Source: Octopus sinensis (Eukaryota). Taken from it: a DNA stretch of 64,000 bases. Shown one piece after another: positions 36,897 to 50,605 of this stretch (position 1 is the stretch's first letter; the number at the start of each line of letters is the position of its first letter). The stretch spans positions 64,294,001 to 64,358,000 of the forward strand of contig NC_043008.1 of assembly GCF_006345805.1 (NCBI RefSeq), read 5' to 3'. Both the position numbers and the translations under genes were made by a program. The notes below the pieces were generated by a model, which saw only the letters and a program-made list of their open reading frames with translations, was not told where the DNA came from and ran no database searches.

Positions 36897-37299
36897 ATGA
36901 GAGTGAGTGTGCGTGTGTGGGCATGTGTGTGGGTGTGAGTTGGTGTCACTTGTGTCAACATTGTGTGATTGCTAAAACGTGTCACACTTTTTATAACTGA
37001 TGTGCTTCGTTTTCAAGTCTCTAGCAAAACATATCCATCCATGGGGGTAAAAAAAGATGACCTTACTTAGAAACAGGTGAGGGTTTAATGGTAGGATTGA
37101 CATCTTGCTTTAGAAAATCTTCTCAACAAATATCAACTGATTCATGTAAGCATGGAAAAATGTACATTATAATGAAGGTGATGGCACATACACAAACACA
37201 CACACACACACACACACACATGCACACACACACACACACACACATGCACACACACACATGCACACACACACACACACACATGCACACACACACACATTT

Positions 37300-38170
37300 T
37301 CATTCTGTCAGTTATGATGACAAGGGTTCCAGTTGATCTGAACAATGGAACAGCCTGCTTATGGAATTAATATTCGAGTGGTTGAAAAACACTCCACCGA
37401 CATGCATAACCCTTAATTTTGTTCTCAGGGGAGCTTCAGTGTGACACAGAATGTGACTAGGCTAGCCCTTTGAAATACAGGTACTGCTCACTTTTGCCAG
37501 GTGAGTGAACAGGAGCAGCATGAGATAAAGTGTTTTGCTCAATGACACAACGCACTACCAGGAATTGAACTTATGATCTTACCATCAAGAGCTGAATACC
37601 CTAACCACTAAACCACATACCTTCTTACACTCACACACATACACACATACATACATGCATAGAGTCAGACTTGCATACTGAGTAATCATAAGACAAGTGG
37701 AATTCATAAAAGTAGCACCAGTTAGCTGTGGAAGTCAATTTTTTTTCTACTCTAGGCACAAGGCCCTAAATTTTTCGGGAGGGGTGCAGTCGATAAGATT
37801 GATCACAATACACAACTGGTACTTAATTTATCAACCTCGAAAGAATAAAAGGCAAAGTCTACTTTAGTGAAATTTGAACTCAGAACATAAAGACATGAAA
37901 TGCAACTAACCATTTCGCCCGGCGTGCTAATATTTCTTACTTCTTTATCGCCCACAAGGGGCTAAACATAGAGGGGACAAACAAGGATAGACAAAGGGAT
38001 TAATTCGATTCCATCGACCCCAGTGCATAACTGGCACTTAATTTATAGACCCTGAAAGGATGAAAGGCAAGTTTACCTTGATGGAATTTGAACTCAGAAC
38101 ACAAAGACAGATGAAATGCCACTAACCATTTCGCCTGGCATGCTAACATTTCTGCCAGCTCACCACCTTA
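37300..38170 (-). mobile_element. SINE cluster: head D SINE (37300-37625) and two tandem family B SINEs with different tails (37745-37930, 37930-38170)
   Basis: Shared cores with 48460-48785 and 61015-61485. Confidence 0.8.
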
Positions 38171-39374
38171 TTCAATTCATTTACAGTTTTGTGGTGTTGT
38201 GCTAATATAAGAAATCAATATAAGTAATAACAGTTTACTACTGCTAGTTTAGACTGAATTAAAGCAGTATATTTGTCTCAGTAGTGTTCTTATTTGATAC
38301 AATTTGGAAGTACTACTAGTTTAAGATAGGTATCAGAATAAATTCATTTATCGTACTTGCAGAAATGGTAAGCTCTCTTGGGACATTATAAATATGATGT
38401 CGTTGAGTTTAAGAAACTCAATGTATTAACGTTCATTGGTTTAATTTAACAAAGCAATATTGGACGACTTCTTCTACTACTGATTCTCAATCATGTTTCG
38501 CTTATGGCACAGTTTCAATTATTACAACTTAATCTCACTCCTGGCTTCACAACTGAAGATGTTATAAGAATTAAGAAATTGCAGTAGTGAAAAAATATTC
38601 AAATTTAAAATACAAATGGAAAGAAAAGCTTAATTTCATCCAAAATTTTCTTTCTCTCTCTCTTTTTCTCACCCACCCTCTCTCTCTCTTTTCCTCTTTT
38701 TTTTTCTTTTTTTTTTGGTTCTGATTAAAATTCGTGTCATAAAATTTCCCAAGTTTCTAGCAAAAGTTTCCTTTTTGCTAATGTTAGTCATGAATTCATA
38801 AAATATTCAATATATCGAAATTGGTATTTTTCCATCTTTTATTTATTTAGTTATTATTTATTTATTTATTTATATATTTATTTTATTCTCTTTGGTCAAA
38901 AATGTACTGGTCGAAATTTTTTTTTTTAAAAGTAGAAAGCCAAAGAATTCGAGCATTATTTCCAAACCTCTTGGTATGCTTGAATCATTTAATTCCTTCT
39001 TGTGATAAAACAGGACATGAATGATTCAAAAATTATTGAAGCACAAATTTTTTGTGGCAGACTAGCGTCTTAAATCTAATGAAATTAGACTGACCCTTAA
39101 TGAGATCACCAATATATGTTGCAAACTTATAATAAACATAAACAAAAGGGAAGCAACACCACAAAATAATGTTAAACGTTAAATGAATACTAAAATATCA
39201 GGAACTTCAAATCTATACAATATTCATTTTTAACTTCTTACAAACTGGATCTATAGTTTGATAGGGGCCAATAAGGTAACTGGGAACTGCCATCTGGTTG
39301 GTCTACCACAAATATTTATAGCTTTCATCTTTCTGTGTCATGAGTTCAGATTGTTAGAAATCTGTTTTCATTAA

Positions 39375-39591
39375 CCCTTTCATTACCAACCCGGCTGAAA
39401 CCGGCTCTGGCTCTGTAACACAAATGTCTTGTTTGCATAAGTTTTGAATTAAAATCTTCCACCAAACCATAGTCACAATTTATGTTCCTAACACTAGCTT
39501 AATGATAACTAAGTTACTTTACTAAATTCTTTGTTATATTTAAAGTAATTGAAAGAAACACAGAGCATCTCAGAATTCAGTAACAAAAGGG
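39375..39591. mobile_element. piggyBac-like MITE
   Basis: TTAA (39371-39374) + CCCTTTCATTAC ... GTAACAAAAGGG + TTAA (39592-39595). Confidence 0.8.
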
Positions 39592-40544
39592 TTAATATGC
39601 TGTTCACCCACTCTCTCTTTCTCTCTCCTATTCTACCTCAATTATAGAGTCTTCTTCAAGCTCTTAGCTTTGTAATTTACAAGGTAATCTTCACTAGAGC
39701 TGGTGTCTTAAAAACTACACCCATGACACTCTGTAAAATAGTATTAAGAAAGGCATCCAACCAAGGAAACGGTACCAAGCTTGACGATGATATATGATGC
39801 AATCCTCCAATTCATCAAACGCTATAGAATTGACCAATCCATCCATACCAGCCAGGTGTTAAATGATGATGAGGAGGAATCATAATGTATGTAGCAGTAA
39901 TGTATTGGGTTGACTTGGGTCAATTACACTTCTCTTCTTTACCATATCACTTTCTGTCTAAGCAGAAAATTCCTAAGGAGCAACCAGCCATAGAAAATAT
40001 GCCAAAAAGTAGAATGTCAGAGTGAGATGTGGTTCCAACCCCATCTAAGAGTAAGCAATAAAACCTAACCCTAAAAAAGAACTAATTCTGTCTATGAAGA
40101 CTGAGGCAAACATCAGAAAGCAGATGCAAAATAATGATGGTGATAGCAAAGAAAACAAGGATGACAATAATAATGATGACAGCGGCAATGATAATGATTA
40201 TGGTAATGACTTTGATGATGACAAAGAAATTGATTACAATGATATTAAGGACAAAGTACTCATGTCAGCACCATGTAAAAGCCACTTGTGCCGGCATAAC
40301 ATAAAAAGCACTTACACCAACATCTCACAAAAGTACCCATATTAGTGAACGCATGCTAGTGTACCCATGTCAGTGCACCCATTCCAGGGCACTCTGGCAT
40401 TATGAAGGGCATTATGAAGGGCATTATGAAGGGCATTGAGCCATAGAAACCATACTGGAAAAAGACAAGGAGCTTGGGCTGCTCTCCAGCTGGCCACCTC
40501 TTGTCAAACTGTCCAACCCATGACAGCATAGGAAACAGAAGTAA

Positions 40545-40629
40545 ATGACAACGACGACGATGATGATGATGATGATGACGATGACGACGACGATGATGAT
40601 GATGATGATGATGAAAATGATGATGATGG

Positions 40630-40663
<34 letters not shown>

Positions 40664-41062
40664 AATGACAATGATGATGACAACAATGATGAGGATGATA
40701 ATGGTGATGACAGCAATGATGGTGATGATGACGATGATGATGATGAGGATGATGATGAAGATGACGATGAGGATGATGATGATGATGATGATGACAATGA
40801 TGATGATAATGATGATGATGGTGATAATGATGATGACAACAATGATGGTGATGATGACGATGATGATGAGGATGATGATGATGATGAAGATGATGATGAT
40901 AATGGTGATGACAGCAATGGTGGTGATGATGATGACAATGATGATGAGGATGATGATGACAATGCCAAGAACAACAACGATATTGATGTGGATGACAACT
41001 AAGAACAACAATTATGATAACAATGACAGCAATAATGATGACAATCACGATGATGATGATGA
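40545..41062 (+). repeat. Long cryptic (GAT)n trinucleotide tract extending from an RTE 3' end (40255-40545)
   Basis: Degenerate GAT/GAC/GAG/AAT/GGT triplets directly after CCCATGACAGCATAGGAAACAGAAGTAAATGAC. Confidence 0.9.
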
Positions 41063-41631
41063 TGTGAAAGTTTTCAGCTGAAGATGCATGAATATTTTGT
41101 AATATAGCTGTGTTACTTGTAAATTGCTATCATGTAATATTTTCCAACAATTCTTCATACACTTATGTAATTTTATTATAGAAAAAAAATGTTATTTTTA
41201 AGTGACCAGAAATATGATCGGATATTCTATATAATACTATGTTTTTAATTTAGAGAAATATGAAATAATTTTTTAAAGCATATTTTGCAAAATTCTTCAC
41301 ATTCAATTAGGATTATTTAGAATAATTACTTATTCTTGTTCTGCTTCTTTAAAATAATATATAAATAAGCACATTTTCCATTTTAAAATTTGATCAAATT
41401 GGTGACTTATTTTGTAAGATATATCAAAATATGAAGTATAGAAATAATATTTTGAAAAATTACATATAATTTTTCAAACATGAGATTTCTGGAAAACAAT
41501 TTTTATAATCAGATAATTCATAAAATATATTGTAAGAAAGGAGGAAAAAAAAAGGTACAAAAAAGACAGACAGAAAATAACTCCAAATGCAGACAACATC
41601 CTTCTTATATATATAAATATGTGCTTATGTA

Positions 41632-41680
<49 letters not shown>

Positions 41681-41723
41681 ATGTGTATGTATACATATAT
41701 ATAGACACATGCACTTATATATG

Positions 41724-41770
<47 letters not shown>

Positions 41771-43494
41771 ACATATACACACACACATATATATATGTAT
41801 GTGTATGTATACATATCTATATATATATATGTATATATATTTACACACACACATATATATATATATATAACTTATCTATAATTATGAGATATTCTCTAGT
41901 TTATGGATATAGCTAAAATTATGTTCAAATTCAAATATGTAAGTTTAAAGTTGGAATAACAAAAATATTATCATCAACAATAATAACAATAACAGTAATA
42001 ATGTCTACAACAGCAACAACAACAATAATAACAATGTTGTTGATAGCACTTTTTTTTTTTTTTGAAGAGGATCAATATTTTTCCTTGGGAACTAAAACAG
42101 CAATATAAATACATAAAGCTATTACATATAGAGATATTTTAGTTATTACTATTGTTGTAAATATGCTTATGGAATTGTAAACATTTGAAATATTGAGGCA
42201 GACATGACAATCAATGAGATATTGTTATAATTCTGTTTTCCTCGTTCGTATTTTGCAGCAAGGAGTAGAAATGTTGGTTGTTATTTAACTGTAATCACTT
42301 CTGATCCAACCAATCTTTTACCAGAGAGGTTCAAACTGTAACCAAACCATCATATATTCAGATGTAGTATATCTAGGGCTATAGTTAAGCAAGGCATGAT
42401 ATATTAGCTCCACATCATATCGGTTTCAAATTTTGGCATGGGGCTAGCAATTTCGGGGAATTGGGTGGGTCAATTACATCAACCCCAGTGCTTGATTAGT
42501 ACTTATTTTATCAACCCTGAAAGGATGAAAGGCAAAGTTGACCTCAGTGGAGTTTGAGCTCAGAATGTAAAGACAGAGATGAAATGCCACTGAGCATTTT
42601 GCCTGGTGTGATAATGATTTTGCCAGCTCATGGACTTGGATCCACATCCTATTGAGACATAGTATGTCTAAGATCACATTATATTTAAATATGATACATC
42701 TAAGACAATTTTATTTTCTGACATAGCTTATCTAGAAGTGTGGAAGCGCAATGGCCAAGTGCTTAGGGCAGTGGACCCGCGGTTTCAATTCCCAAACTGG
42801 GTGCTGTGTGTGTTTATTGAGGGAAAACACCCAAAAGCTCCATGAGACTCCAGCAGGGGGTGGTGGTGCCCCCTGTTGTACTCTTTCATCACAACATTTT
42901 CTCACTCTCTCTTCCTGTTTCTTGGGTAATGCTGCGATGGACTGGCAATTATCATATTTCTTGTATTATTTGTTTGATGAATTAAAAACAATATTTTTGA
43001 TACATAATACATTTTCAAGATACAAATTCGCTATTCTTATAATTCATAAATAGTTTACATAATGGTGAGCACCATTTTACATAAATGAAATGTACCACAA
43101 AAGATACCACATGTTCACACAGAGTATATAAAGTCTAGACAAAAGGAATGAACTCTTATCATGCTGCAAACACCAAAAGAAATTCATCTACAAGAAATGG
43201 TCTGAAATCCAAACAGAGGATGACACATTTCTAGACAAACACACAGATACCGTAAAAAAAAAAGACTTGGTCAAAATTCAACCAATACTCTCAAATATTC
43301 CAGCCATCATCAGTCAACTGTAATAAGATTCATCAACAATTATATAAATTCTTAATCTTCACATGCAAACACACACACACACACAACAGATGCACCCTAA
43401 AATACACACCTCACTGAAATAAACACAAGTACTTTTCAAGAGTCACATCATAATCATTCACCCTTGAAACATTTTCACAGTGAGATGTACAAAG

Positions 43495-43830
43495 ATCATC
43501 ATCATCATCATCATTTAACATCTGCTTTCCAGGCTAGCATGGGTTGGACGATTTGACTGAGCTCTGGTGAACCAGATGGCGGTACAGACTCCAGTCTGAT
43601 CTGGCAGAGTTTCTACAGCTGGATGCCCTTCCTAACGCCAACCACTCCAAGTATGTAGCTGTTGCTTTTACATGCCACTGACATGAGGGCCAGTCAGGTG
43701 GTACTGGCAATGGCACACTCAAATGGTGATTTTTATGTGCCATCTGCACAGGAGCCAGTGTAGCGGTACTGGCAACGACCTCACTTGAATGTTTTTTCAC
43801 ATGCCACCAGTACAAGTGCCAGTAAGGTGA
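43495..43830 (-). mobile_element. RTE LINE 3' UTR fragment
   Basis: Reverse complement of the shared terminal segment plus units. Confidence 0.8.
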
Positions 43831-44350
43831 TGCAGGTAACATCTATAAAAATATTTTCTGACAGCATTTTCAAAAAAAAATAATATAGCAAAACAAAAGA
43901 ACATCCTTAACATATAAATTTAGAATGAATAAACAAATTATAAACAGGACTTGTCCCAAACTTTGGCATCGAGAGTTACACAAATGCCAGAACTGGGTGC
44001 CACTGCATAGTGCCAAGGACTCCAAATTTGCCATCAAGATGTAGGACAAGATACTGTGATAGCCTGGGCTTCCGAGGTCCACAGCTCTTCAATATCCTCC
44101 CGAAGAACCTAAGAGACCTGCATGGGGTGGATGCAGATGTTTTTAAAATAAAACTGGATCTCTTCTTGTCAGGTGTCCCAGATGAACCAACTTCACGGCA
44201 GGGGGTGCAGATGAGGGCAGCTGAATCGAACTCTCTCATGCACCAAATGGCAATTGCTAAAAAGCATTCATGAAGTAAAATCATGTAGCAACACCAAATA
44301 GCGGTGCCCCAGCATGGCCACAGCTTGTGAGCTGAAAGTAGATAAAAATA
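43830..44350 (+). mobile_element. CR1/L2-group LINE 3' end (ORF2 C-terminus and tail)
   Basis: GLVPNFGIESYTNARTGCHCIVPRTPNLPSRCRTRYCDSLGFRGPQLFNILPKNLRDLHGVDADVFKIKLDLFLSGVPDEPT...RAAESNSL; tail GCGGTGCCCCAGCATGGCCACAGCTTGTGAGCTGAAAG. Clade assignment is from remembered motif similarity only. Confidence 0.75.
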
Positions 44351-44670
44351 TTTAAAAAAAAAGGTACCCTCATCAAATTATAAACAGGTGCCCTCATGAA
44401 AAAAAATAACCAATGAAGAGGAAGGAAAATAGCAAAATATCTACCAATCAGCAAACCACAAACAAAAAATATAAATGCAAATGCAAACCAGTGAACAAAC
44501 ACAGGCATGAAACCACAAAACACCAAAGAAAATAAATACCTTACCAAAACCAAGTTGTAACATTTATTCGCTGAAGTTTGGTATGTATATACACAAGAAG
44601 GCTTTGTTACTAATCTTACTTTAATTTATCTATCTATCTATCTGTCTGTCTATCTGTCTGTCTGTCTATG

Positions 44671-44743
<73 letters not shown>

Positions 44744-44789
44744 TATATACACACAATTATAAATATGGGCAAAAAAATTTTTTCTTTGC

Positions 44790-45110
44790 CAATATACTGA
44801 AAAAGAAAGAAAGTAAATGAAAGTAAAAGAAAGAAAGAAGAAAAAGAAAGACACTAAAAGGAAGAAGGAAGGAAAGACAGAAGGAAAGAAAAAAAGAAGG
44901 AAGGAAAGAAGGAATAAAGGAATGAAGGAAAGAAGAAAAGAAGAGAGGAAAGAAAGAATGAAGGAAGGAAAGAAGGAAAGAAAGAAAGAAGGAATGAAGG
45001 AAAGAAGAAAAGAACGAAAGAATGAAGGAGGGAAGGAAAGAAGGAATGAAGAAGGAAGAAAAGAAAGAAGGAAGGAAAGAAGAAAGGAAGGAAAGAAAGA
45101 AAGAATGAAA
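44790..45110 (+). repeat. Polypurine (GAAG/GAAA)n low-complexity tract
   Basis: Direct reading. Confidence 0.95.
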
Positions 45111-46269
45111 ATGCTCATCAGGCTTTTTAAAAAGTGACCTGAAATTGCCTCCCACGAGATGTAGTGGAATTCTGTTGGCAACTAAGCCACAGAAATGTGA
45201 TGAAAGTTTTCAATTCTTCATAAATAGATAATACTATTTAGTAATAAATGTGAAAGTGAACAGATTTTTGTAGGTTCTTAAATAGCTGAAATGACTCTTC
45301 CAAAATGTAATTATTTCTGTTTATTGTTTTATCTCAATTAGACAAAAGAGAAGAAGTAATCTGCCAGATAATAAGGATGTATTTCATGTTTGTTGTATAT
45401 TCGATTTTTCCTTTTTTTTTTTTACAGCAATGGAGCCTGAGTTTTTTTTTTTTGTTTTTTGCTTTTTCACCATCATAAATCATTCCAACAACATTTCATG
45501 AATCTATTGACAATTATATAACAATTTTCAACAACAGAAATATTATATTATTCCACTCATATTTATCTTCCATCAGATTTTCAATCTATCTGAGCTCTCT
45601 GGTTTAAGATATCTATGGATGTGGGGAAGATGAATAGAAAACACATTCTATTTCTGAATATGTATATTGCAAAACTTTGATAAAGGCAACCATCTTTTGT
45701 GTGATTTTCTTTTTTTTTTTTAAATATCCATGGCTCCGACATGTCTCAATCTGTTGCTATCGCTGTAGTTGTGAATTATCTACAAGCAAGCAGCATTTTT
45801 CATTGTAAAACCATAGGAACAATTGATCAATTAATTAAATATTTCTGTATATTTTTGCTATCCATTAGATAAGAGACAGATGTTAAAACATTGTAACTAA
45901 AATAACTGACAGATTTTTAATTCAATGTTGCCACTCCTCCTAGCTGATCATATTCAAATAAATTGAGATATTTTTTGATATTAAAACAGTAAACCAGTAC
46001 CATAGAGTAGAAGAACTTCAAGGATTTCAAATATATCATAATGATGATGATACAAAGACCAAAGATGTTGTATGACCAAATCTCAGAAGAAGTTACAGAG
46101 AATGAAGATTGCAAGATCCTTGTTGAATGCAATGATTTGGTGTGACCACCAGAAGAGACATCGGGAACATGATGCTGTTGTCGTGAACTAAGAGTTAAAA
46201 ATATACATGATAATCAATTTTGCATGTCTTGGAGACATCAAGATGAAAGAAAAAGAAGACGAAATAGCA

Positions 46270-46789
46270 AACAAGGCTGTGTGGTAAGAAGCTTGCTTCC
46301 CGACCATATGGTTCTGTATGGCAACTTGGGTAAGTGTCTTCTGCTATAGCCTTGGGCTGACTAAAGCCTTGCAAGTGGATTTGTTAGACAGAAACTTAAA
46401 GAAGTATATGCTTGTGTGTCTGTGCTTGTCCCCACCACCTTCGCTTGGCAACCGGTGATGGTGTGTTTGCATCCCCATAACTTAGTGGTTCAGCAAAAGA
46501 GACCGATAGAATAAGTACTGAGCTTACAAAGAAAAAGTTCTGGGGTCGATTTGTTCGAGTAAAGGTGGTGTTCCAGCATGGCTGCAGTCAAGTAACTGAA
46601 ACAAGTAAAAGAGCAAAAGAGTAACAATGAGGAACATGAAGAGCATGAAGAGAATTGAAGTGAGAAATGAAGAGCATGGACGTGGTACTGATAGTAATTG
46701 GCATGCTTGGAACTATCAGCACCCAATTACAAACATGGCTCAAAAACAATACTTCCACCTTTGCAAAGTCAGAGGTAATAATAATGATG

Positions 46790-46835
<46 letters not shown>

Positions 46836-47062
46836 TGATGATGATAATAATCTTTTCTACTGGAAGCCCAAGGCCACAAATTTGGGGGAAGTGATTAAGT
46901 CAATTACATTGACCCCAGTGCATAACTAGTACTTATTTAATTGACCTCGAAAGGATGAAAGGCAAAGTTAACTTCGTTAGAATTTGAACTCAGAATATAG
47001 CGGGAGAGAAATACAGCTAAGCATTTTGCCTGGCATGCTAACAATTCTGCCAACTTGCTGCC

Positions 47063-47065
<3 letters not shown>
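46270..47065. mobile_element. SINE family A (46270-46620 plus) and family B (46850-47065 minus)
   Basis: Direct homology to other copies. Confidence 0.8.
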
Positions 47066-47113
<48 letters not shown>

Positions 47114-47884
47114 TTGATAATCATTGGTGCCAGCATTGGCATTGAAGTCATCATTGGCATCATCTTTATGAGGCTCATCGACAACAATGTCAGTGTTTTC
47201 ATCATCATCGTCATCATTATTGATTTAAAATTCACATTTCCATGCTCGCATGGGTCAGAGTGAATATGTTGAGGTAGGTGAAATAAACATCAGAGATGCT
47301 TTGCCGCCTGCAGATACTGTGGGAGCCACTTAAAGGTTTTGTAAGCCCTTCTAAATCTATCACAATGCCAGAAATACTTTTGTATCATAAACAGGGATCT
47401 GAGGGGCACAAGCATTTCAACCCCTTCAATTGCCATATACCTTTCTTGTCATCAACCCTCACCTGTTTCAAAGCAAAGTAATAATTCCTAATGACAGGAC
47501 ATATTTTTATGAAAGTTTGGAAATTTAAGACACATGATTTTACAGCAATGGTGCTATGACAACACACACACACACACACACACACACGTTCAGACACACA
47601 TATACATAATGGTTTTCTTTCAGTTTCAATCATCTGTCAAATGTAATAACAATAATAAAATTATTTGAAATATTTGTTATATAGTGTCATTGTTTTATTT
47701 TCAATTTCTTCCAATATATATGTATATATATATATATATATACACACATACATATATGTATATATATATATATATATATATACAAGCATATGCATATATG
47801 TATATGTATATAGAGAGAGAGAGAGCGAGAGAAATTTATAGATATACACATGTATATTTATATATGTATCTCTATCACTCTGTG

Positions 47885-47990
<106 letters not shown>

Positions 47991-48459
47991 TATTCTCTTA
48001 TGGATTCTCCAAAAATGCAAAACTGCACTAGTACTAAATCTCTGAGGGTTACTTATCACTAAACAAATAAATGTACATGTGTCTGTGTGTGTATTTATGT
48101 GTGTTTATGTGAGTGAGTGTGTGTGTGTGTATGTATGCTTGTGTTTGTGTAAGTCAATGGAAACATCTTAAAGGTGTTTATATCACTAAAAGCAATTCTT
48201 CACATATATTTTAATTCAATCATTCAATAAATATCTATTAATATAAGTGATAGTGAATTTCCATCTGATTCTGTTTGACCATCCTCCCATGGGCTGATAA
48301 CTCTTATCCTTGTGTAATTGATCACTTTATAGAAAATGGAACATTACCTGTTATTGGACAAGTAATAGTGCGAACATACTTTTGCTACTATCAGGTAATG
48401 CTACACCTGTAATTAATAGATAAACTGTATTATTGTTATTGATAATATGAGTAACTAAC

Positions 48460-48785
48460 TGATGCTCCGTCGCTTATGGTGAAAAGGGTTCCAGTTGATT
48501 TCATTAACAGAACAGTCTGCTCAAGAAATTAATGCATAGATGGCTGGGTTCTCCTCAGACATGTGTGCAATTAATGTGGTTCTCAGTGGGATTCAGTATG
48601 ACACAGAATGTAAAAAGGCTGGCCCTTTGAATTACAGGTACTACTCATTTTTGCCAACTGAGGTGACTGGAGTAATGTGAAATAAAGAGTCTTGCTCAAG
48701 GGTGAAACACACTGCCAGGAATCAAACTCATGGCCTTACAATCATGAGATAAATACCCTAACCACTAAGCCACACACTTTCACAA
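48460..48785 (-). mobile_element. Head D SINE with tail X
   Basis: Homologous to 37300-37625. Confidence 0.75.
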
Positions 48786-50127
48786 TGATAACATATAATA
48801 ACATATATTAATGGCAAATACAGAAATGAGAAATTTTCTTTCACTTAGTTTAATTAAAATTTTAATATCATTATGAGGAGAATTTGTATATGTGGATTAC
48901 CCTAGACTCAGCTACTTAACCCACCCTGTCACTTATTCAACTGCACCCTTTACCTTTTCTCAAAATCTAACACCTTCTTTCTTTCCTCTTCACTGCCATA
49001 CTCACTCTTCCCACTTCTTACTCACCATCTCTTACACCTCTGCCTGGGATCATCACTCATTCTTCCTTGGTTTCAGATGCTTATAAATTCCATCCGAGAA
49101 TTATTGTTATAATTATTATAAATATATATTTATATATATATTCAGGGTACAAGTTATGAGATTATCACTAGTATCATCACTGGTATCATAAAAAGTGCCC
49201 AGTACACTATCTGGTTGGCATGAAGAAGGGCATTCATTTATAGAATCTATACCAAAATACGCACCATGATATGGCACTATCCTCCAACTTGACAGACCCA
49301 TGCCAACATTCATACCAGATGTTTACTGACAATGATGGCAATGATGATGATCATCATCCTCATGATCATCGTCATTATGATCATAATGAATGAAATGAAT
49401 ACTTAAAAAAATATTCATAATTATTATTGTACCAGTGTTACATTTTGGATATCATGTGGAATAGCAAAATAAATATTCCAAACATAATCCATCATATAAA
49501 TGATACAACTCTAGTAGATCAATAAAATTGTGTACCAAAACATTTGTACGATTTGATATAATTGAGTAAATCCTCTGGAAACCAGTGCTCCAGTATGACC
49601 ATTTCATATAGAATTAAGAATTTTCACCCTTCTCCCACCAAAAATTCCATTTATGCTCCTCTATAATTACTCTAATTAGAAGAGATTTGTTGTCTCTAAT
49701 TTTCCTGGTTTCCCCCCATAGCAGAATAAAATAAAGGTTAGTATAGTCATATGCATCTTTTTATAATTATTCCTTCCTGAAGATTCCAGTCTCTGTGATT
49801 GTGTTCCCACCCTGTTGATGCTAGCGGTAGAGAAAAAAAAATATTTCTTCTTCATTGCTTCCAGGAAGTTATTAGAGAGAATCTAATAATTTGATCAAAT
49901 ATTTATTCTTCTGATTGAACAAATACTTTCAGTCTATTCTGTGAGTACACATATGTGGAGACATTTTTTGTACACACACACACACACGTGAGCATATACA
50001 CACAAACAAGCATGTTCACACACACACACACGTTCACAAACACACATACACACATACACACATCTGCACCATATATGCATGTACAGAAGGTATTCTGCTG
50101 CTGATTCCTGTATAACATTTTGAAATA

Positions 50128-50605
50128 TTGGGTTGTCCGGAAAGTTTGTGCCGATTTATAGTAGCTTACATTTCGACTTATTTTAGAACATGGTTGAGTC
50201 CATAAAATAGGATTTGACTACACATCCATTTAGAGCACAGTTTAAGCTATCTTTTCATGGAAGAAGGTTTATGTTCCTATAATCTGTGTTAATTCCGTAG
50301 CCCTTTAAAATAGAAGACAAGAAAGTTCATTTTCGGCACTTGATGCTTTCGGAAACAGACAAAAATTGCTGCAGCTCGGCTGGGATGTGTTACCCCACCC
50401 TCCATATTCACCAGATACCTTGATGAATTCTTTGCCATGAAACCACCTCAATTCTGGGAAGAGGGTATTTTCAAGTTAAAGGAAAGTTGGAGATGCATTG
50501 TGCAACAAAATGGTTCATATTTGGTTGATTAAAAATGTAATGGCAAGTAATTATCGACCTTTTTCTTTCATTTAAAAATCAGCACAAACTTTCTGGACAA
50601 CCCAA
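50128..50605 (+). mobile_element. Internally deleted non-autonomous derivative of the Mos1-like mariner (478 bp)
   Basis: Both TIRs (TTGGGTTGTCCGGAAAGTTTGTGCCGATTT / AAATCAGCACAAACTTTCTGGACAACCCAA), TA flanks, three collinear blocks matching 3480-4726. Confidence 0.93.

Noticed and set aside
38340-38385. TTGCAG-AAATG-GTAAGC microexon or start-codon exon
   Set aside because: Good-looking splice motifs occur by chance in 64 kb and there are no supporting adjacent exons; RNA-seq would be needed.
40356-41081. Long ORFs of 164-230 aa (His-, Ile-, Ser-, Met-rich)
   Set aside because: They are all reading frames of a degenerate (GAT)n tract, open on several frames and both strands, with no splice or domain evidence.
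44666-45181. ORFs of 106-171 aa (Phe/Ser/Leu or Lys/Glu/Arg rich)
   Set aside because: Translation of a (GAAG/GAAA)n low-complexity tract.
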